Below, in pieces: positions 61,842-64,000 of a DNA stretch of 64,000 nt; within the stretch, counting starts at the first letter, position 1, and the number at the start of each line of letters is the position of its first letter. The stretch comes from Rhodospirillaceae bacterium (GTDB lineage Bacteria > Pseudomonadota > Alphaproteobacteria > UBA828), in assembly GCA_018666805.1 (NCBI GenBank), contig JABIXB010000250.1:12557-76556 (forward strand). Direction: 5' to 3'. The notes beneath the pieces are model-generated. The model made no database searches. It had not been told where the DNA came from and saw only the letters and a program-made list of their open reading frames with translations. The position numbers and the translations under genes were made by a program.

Positions 61842-63875
61842 TTATTCGGCAATTTCCCCGATTAGCAGATTACCGTAAGCGTCGACCCGCAAATTCTGGC
61901 CCGGGCGCAACACGGTGACCGACGCCGGTTCCTCGATAATCGCCGGGCCAGCGATTTTCTGGCCCTCGCCGAGCGAACCGCGGTCATAGATCGGCGTATC
62001 GTGGCGGCCATCGTCGAAGGTGACCTCGCGGCGCGATACCGGTTCCGCCGCCGCGCCGCCGCCGATGGTGGCAAATTCGGGCTTGTCGGTGAGCGACACG
62101 GTGGTCGCCTTGACCGTGATCACCTCGATCACTTCGCGCGGGATGTTGAAGCCGAAGCGGGCGAGATGCATGTCGTGGAAGGCCTGCCACAATTGCGGCG
62201 TCGTTTCGTCGCTGAAGCTGTCGAAGGAGAACGGAATCTCGAGCTCATAATTTTGCCCGAGATAGCGCATCTCGAGCGAGCGGTGGACTTCGACATTTTT
62301 GCTGTAGCCCTGCGCCTTGAGTTCGCCGATGCCGGTACCGATGAGCGATTTCATCATCTCGGTGGCGCGCGCCTGATCGAAACGCTTCGAGGTCATTTGC
62401 ACGGTGCGCTGGGTATCGACGCGGGCGTCGGTCAAAATAAAACCGAAGGCCGAGAATTGGCCGGGATAGTTGGGTACGATGCCGCTCGGAATGCCGGCAT
62501 CGTTCATCAGATCGGCGACATGGAGCGGCCCGGCGCCGCCGAAGCCAAGCATGCAGAAATCGCGCGGATCGAGGCCGCGTTCGATCAACACCGAGCGCAG
62601 CGCGCCGACCATATTGTTGTTGGCGATCTGCGTCACGGCGAGGGCCGTTTCCTCGGCCGAGCGGCCAAGTTCATCGGCCACCGCCTGCACGGCTTTTTCG
62701 GCCGCCGCCTTGTCGAGCTTCATTTCGCCGCCGAGGAAATTGTCGGGATTAATCCGTCCGAGCACCAGATTGGCGTCTGTCACGGTGGCTTTGGTGCCAC
62801 CATGGCCATAGCAGGCCGGCCCCGGATCGGCGCCCGCACTTTCCGGCCCAACGCGCAGCATGCCGCCTTTGTCGATCCAGGCGATCGAGCCGCCGCCGGC
62901 GCCGATGGTGCGGATATCGATCATCGGAATTTGGATCGGAATGCCGAACTCGATCTCGAAATCGGTGGTGAAATTCTCCTGCCCGCCGACAATCGTCGAG
63001 GTGTCGGTCGAGGTGCCGCCCATATCGATCGTCACCAGATGGTCGATGCCGACCAGGCCGGCGATATGCTTGCCGGCAATGACGCCGCCGGTCGGGCCGG
63101 AAACGGTCATTTGAATCGGCGTATTTTCCGCCGCTTCCAGGGTCATTTCGCCGCCATTCGATTTGATCACGACGATATGGTCGGTGATGCCGTTCTCGGT
63201 GAAACGCTGGCGGATATTGCGCACCTGATTGCTCACGATAGGCTTGACATAGGCATCGGCAATGGTGGTCGAGGCGCGCTCATATTCCTTCCATTTGGGC
63301 ATCACATCAAAGGAAATGGAAACCGGTATTTCGGGTAATTCCTCGGCCAGGATTTCCTTGACCCGCTGCTCATGGTCGGGCCTGACATAAGAAAAGAGGA
63401 AATTGACCGAGAGCGCCTCAATCTCGCCTTCCTCTTTGATCTGCTTGGCCATGGCGCGCACACCCGCTTCATCAAGCGGTATCTCGACTTCGCCATTGGC
63501 CATGATGCGTTCTGAAATTTCATAGCAATGGCGGCGTTTGACCAGCGGTTTTGGTTTGATCCAGGTGATGTCGTAATGGCTGCGCCGATTGCCGCGCTGG
63601 ATGAAGGGGATATCCTTGAAGCCTTCGGTGGTGACGTAACCGACCGTGGCGCCCTTGCGCTCCAATATCGCATTGGTCTCGATCGTCGTGCCGAGGCGGA
63701 GGTTTTTGATATCGCCCGGCGCCTCGAATTTGCCGAGGCCGGTCAGGATGCCGTCATTTGGGTCGCTCGGCGTGGATGGGTTTTTCCACACCTCGACCGT
63801 CTTGGTTTCGGGATCGTAGGAGACGAAGTCGGTAAATGTCCCGCCGACGTCAATGCCAACCATATATCCTGCCAC
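61842..63875 (-). CDS. hydantoinase A / oxoprolinase family protein (HyuA, second locus)
   Basis: 677 aa with A-subunit motifs (VGIDVGGTFTD, DMGGTSTD, GAGGGS). GTG 63875 has GAGGAG 7 nt upstream. An ATG alternative 4 codons downstream is at 63863. Confidence 0.85.
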   Translation of the reverse strand: MAGYMVGIDVGGTFTDFVSYDPETKTVEVWKNPSTPSDPNDGILTGLGKFEAPGDIKNLRLGTTIETNAILERKGATVGYVTTEGFKDIPFIQRGNRRSHYDITWIKPKPLVKRRHCYEISERIMANGEVEIPLDEAGVRAMAKQIKEEGEIEALSVNFLFSYVRPDHEQRVKEILAEELPEIPVSISFDVMPKWKEYERASTTIADAYVKPIVSNQVRNIRQRFTENGITDHIVVIKSNGGEMTLEAAENTPIQMTVSGPTGGVIAGKHIAGLVGIDHLVTIDMGGTSTDTSTIVGGQENFTTDFEIEFGIPIQIPMIDIRTIGAGGGSIAWIDKGGMLRVGPESAGADPGPACYGHGGTKATVTDANLVLGRINPDNFLGGEMKLDKAAAEKAVQAVADELGRSAEETALAVTQIANNNMVGALRSVLIERGLDPRDFCMLGFGGAGPLHVADLMNDAGIPSGIVPNYPGQFSAFGFILTDARVDTQRTVQMTSKRFDQARATEMMKSLIGTGIGELKAQGYSKNVEVHRSLEMRYLGQNYELEIPFSFDSFSDETTPQLWQAFHDMHLARFGFNIPREVIEVITVKATTVSLTDKPEFATIGGGAAAEPVSRREVTFDDGRHDTPIYDRGSLGEGQKIAGPAIIEEPASVTVLRPGQNLRVDAYGNLLIGEIAE

Positions 63876-64000
63876 TCTCCATCTCCTCAGAGTTCGCGGG
63901 CCGTCACGTTATAGCGCCCTTTGGCGCACCGGCAGCCCTGATTTTTTTTGAAATTGTCGCACTTATATATTCACGCTAATGGAGGCGCGATGTTATCGGC

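Noticed and set aside
59814-63338. 683-aa and 445-aa plus-strand ORFs (59814-61865, 62001-63338)
   Set aside because: Antisense shadows over the hyuB paralog and hyuA. Same GC-driven composition and no recognisable motifs.
1-64000. Search for tRNA/rRNA, CRISPR arrays, transposases, integrases and phage genes
   Set aside because: No long intergenic region has tRNA-like acceptor/T-arm motifs. There is no periodic repeat-spacer structure; the only tandem repeats are the two 12-mer arrays. There are no IS/integrase-like ORFs. The accessory character of the window rests on gene content (paralog-rich catabolic genes) rather than on detectable mobile-element hallmarks.

Overview
This 64 kb window is high-GC (roughly 63-65% by eye), gene-dense bacterial DNA with alphaproteobacterial (Rhizobiales/methylotroph-like) character. 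I found no rRNA, tRNA, CRISPR array, transposase or integrase. Many long antisense 'shadow' ORFs in the six-frame track were rejected as GC-driven artefacts.

The content is almost entirely accessory-type catabolism, arranged in recognisable blocks:
1. 1-11483: a complete ATP-dependent hydantoinase-process cluster. It carries pxpB/pxpC, a hydantoin-type racemase, two tandem PuuE-type allantoinase paralogs, an M20 carbamoylase, a TcuA-like flavoprotein and hyuB-hyuA.
2. 11754-21813: an MFS transporter, a DehI-family protein, a dehydrogenase/RidA/GATase1 trio, a persulfide dioxygenase-rhodanese fusion, a DMT transporter, an LLM monooxygenase, a desaturase and a class III nucleotidyl cyclase.
3. 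21929-26218: an N-methylglutamate-pathway module for methylamine use (gmaS-like glutamine synthetase plus mgsABC-like genes).
4. 26542-29069: a CocE/NonD hydrolase and a GntR regulator.
5. 29249-36143: a putative N,N-dimethylformamidase pair (small and large subunit) co-oriented behind a PotABCD-type ABC transporter on the minus strand. It has its own AT-rich promoter region and an intrinsic terminator.
6. 36348-46972: a second catabolic island. It holds two class-III aminotransferases, an SDR, an amidohydrolase, an N-formylglutamate amidohydrolase, a flavin reductase, an alpha/beta hydrolase, a serine hydrolase, an LLM oxidoreductase and a GntR regulator. Unusual 12-mer tandem direct repeats sit in a divergent promoter.
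7. 47029-48838: a Cys-rich hypothetical protein and an SDR.
8. 48835-51401: an AmmeMemoRadiSam system, with a radical SAM enzyme divergent from a fused MEMO1-AMMECR1 protein.
9. 51398-57375: a second N-formylglutamate amidohydrolase, an isochorismatase, and a large multi-PAS hybrid histidine kinase preceded by a strikingly AT-rich island.
10. 56872-63875: a cupin, an ornithine-cyclodeaminase-family protein and an unusual hyuA-hyuB-hyuB' triad with two tandem B-subunit paralogs.

The most promising candidates for undescribed biology are the transporter-linked DMFase operon next to the methylamine module, the hyuA-hyuB-hyuB'/cyclodeaminase locus, the catabolic island with iteron-like repeats, and the fused AmmeMemoRadiSam locus.

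All functional calls rest on motif and family recognition from the translated sequences only. No database search was run.
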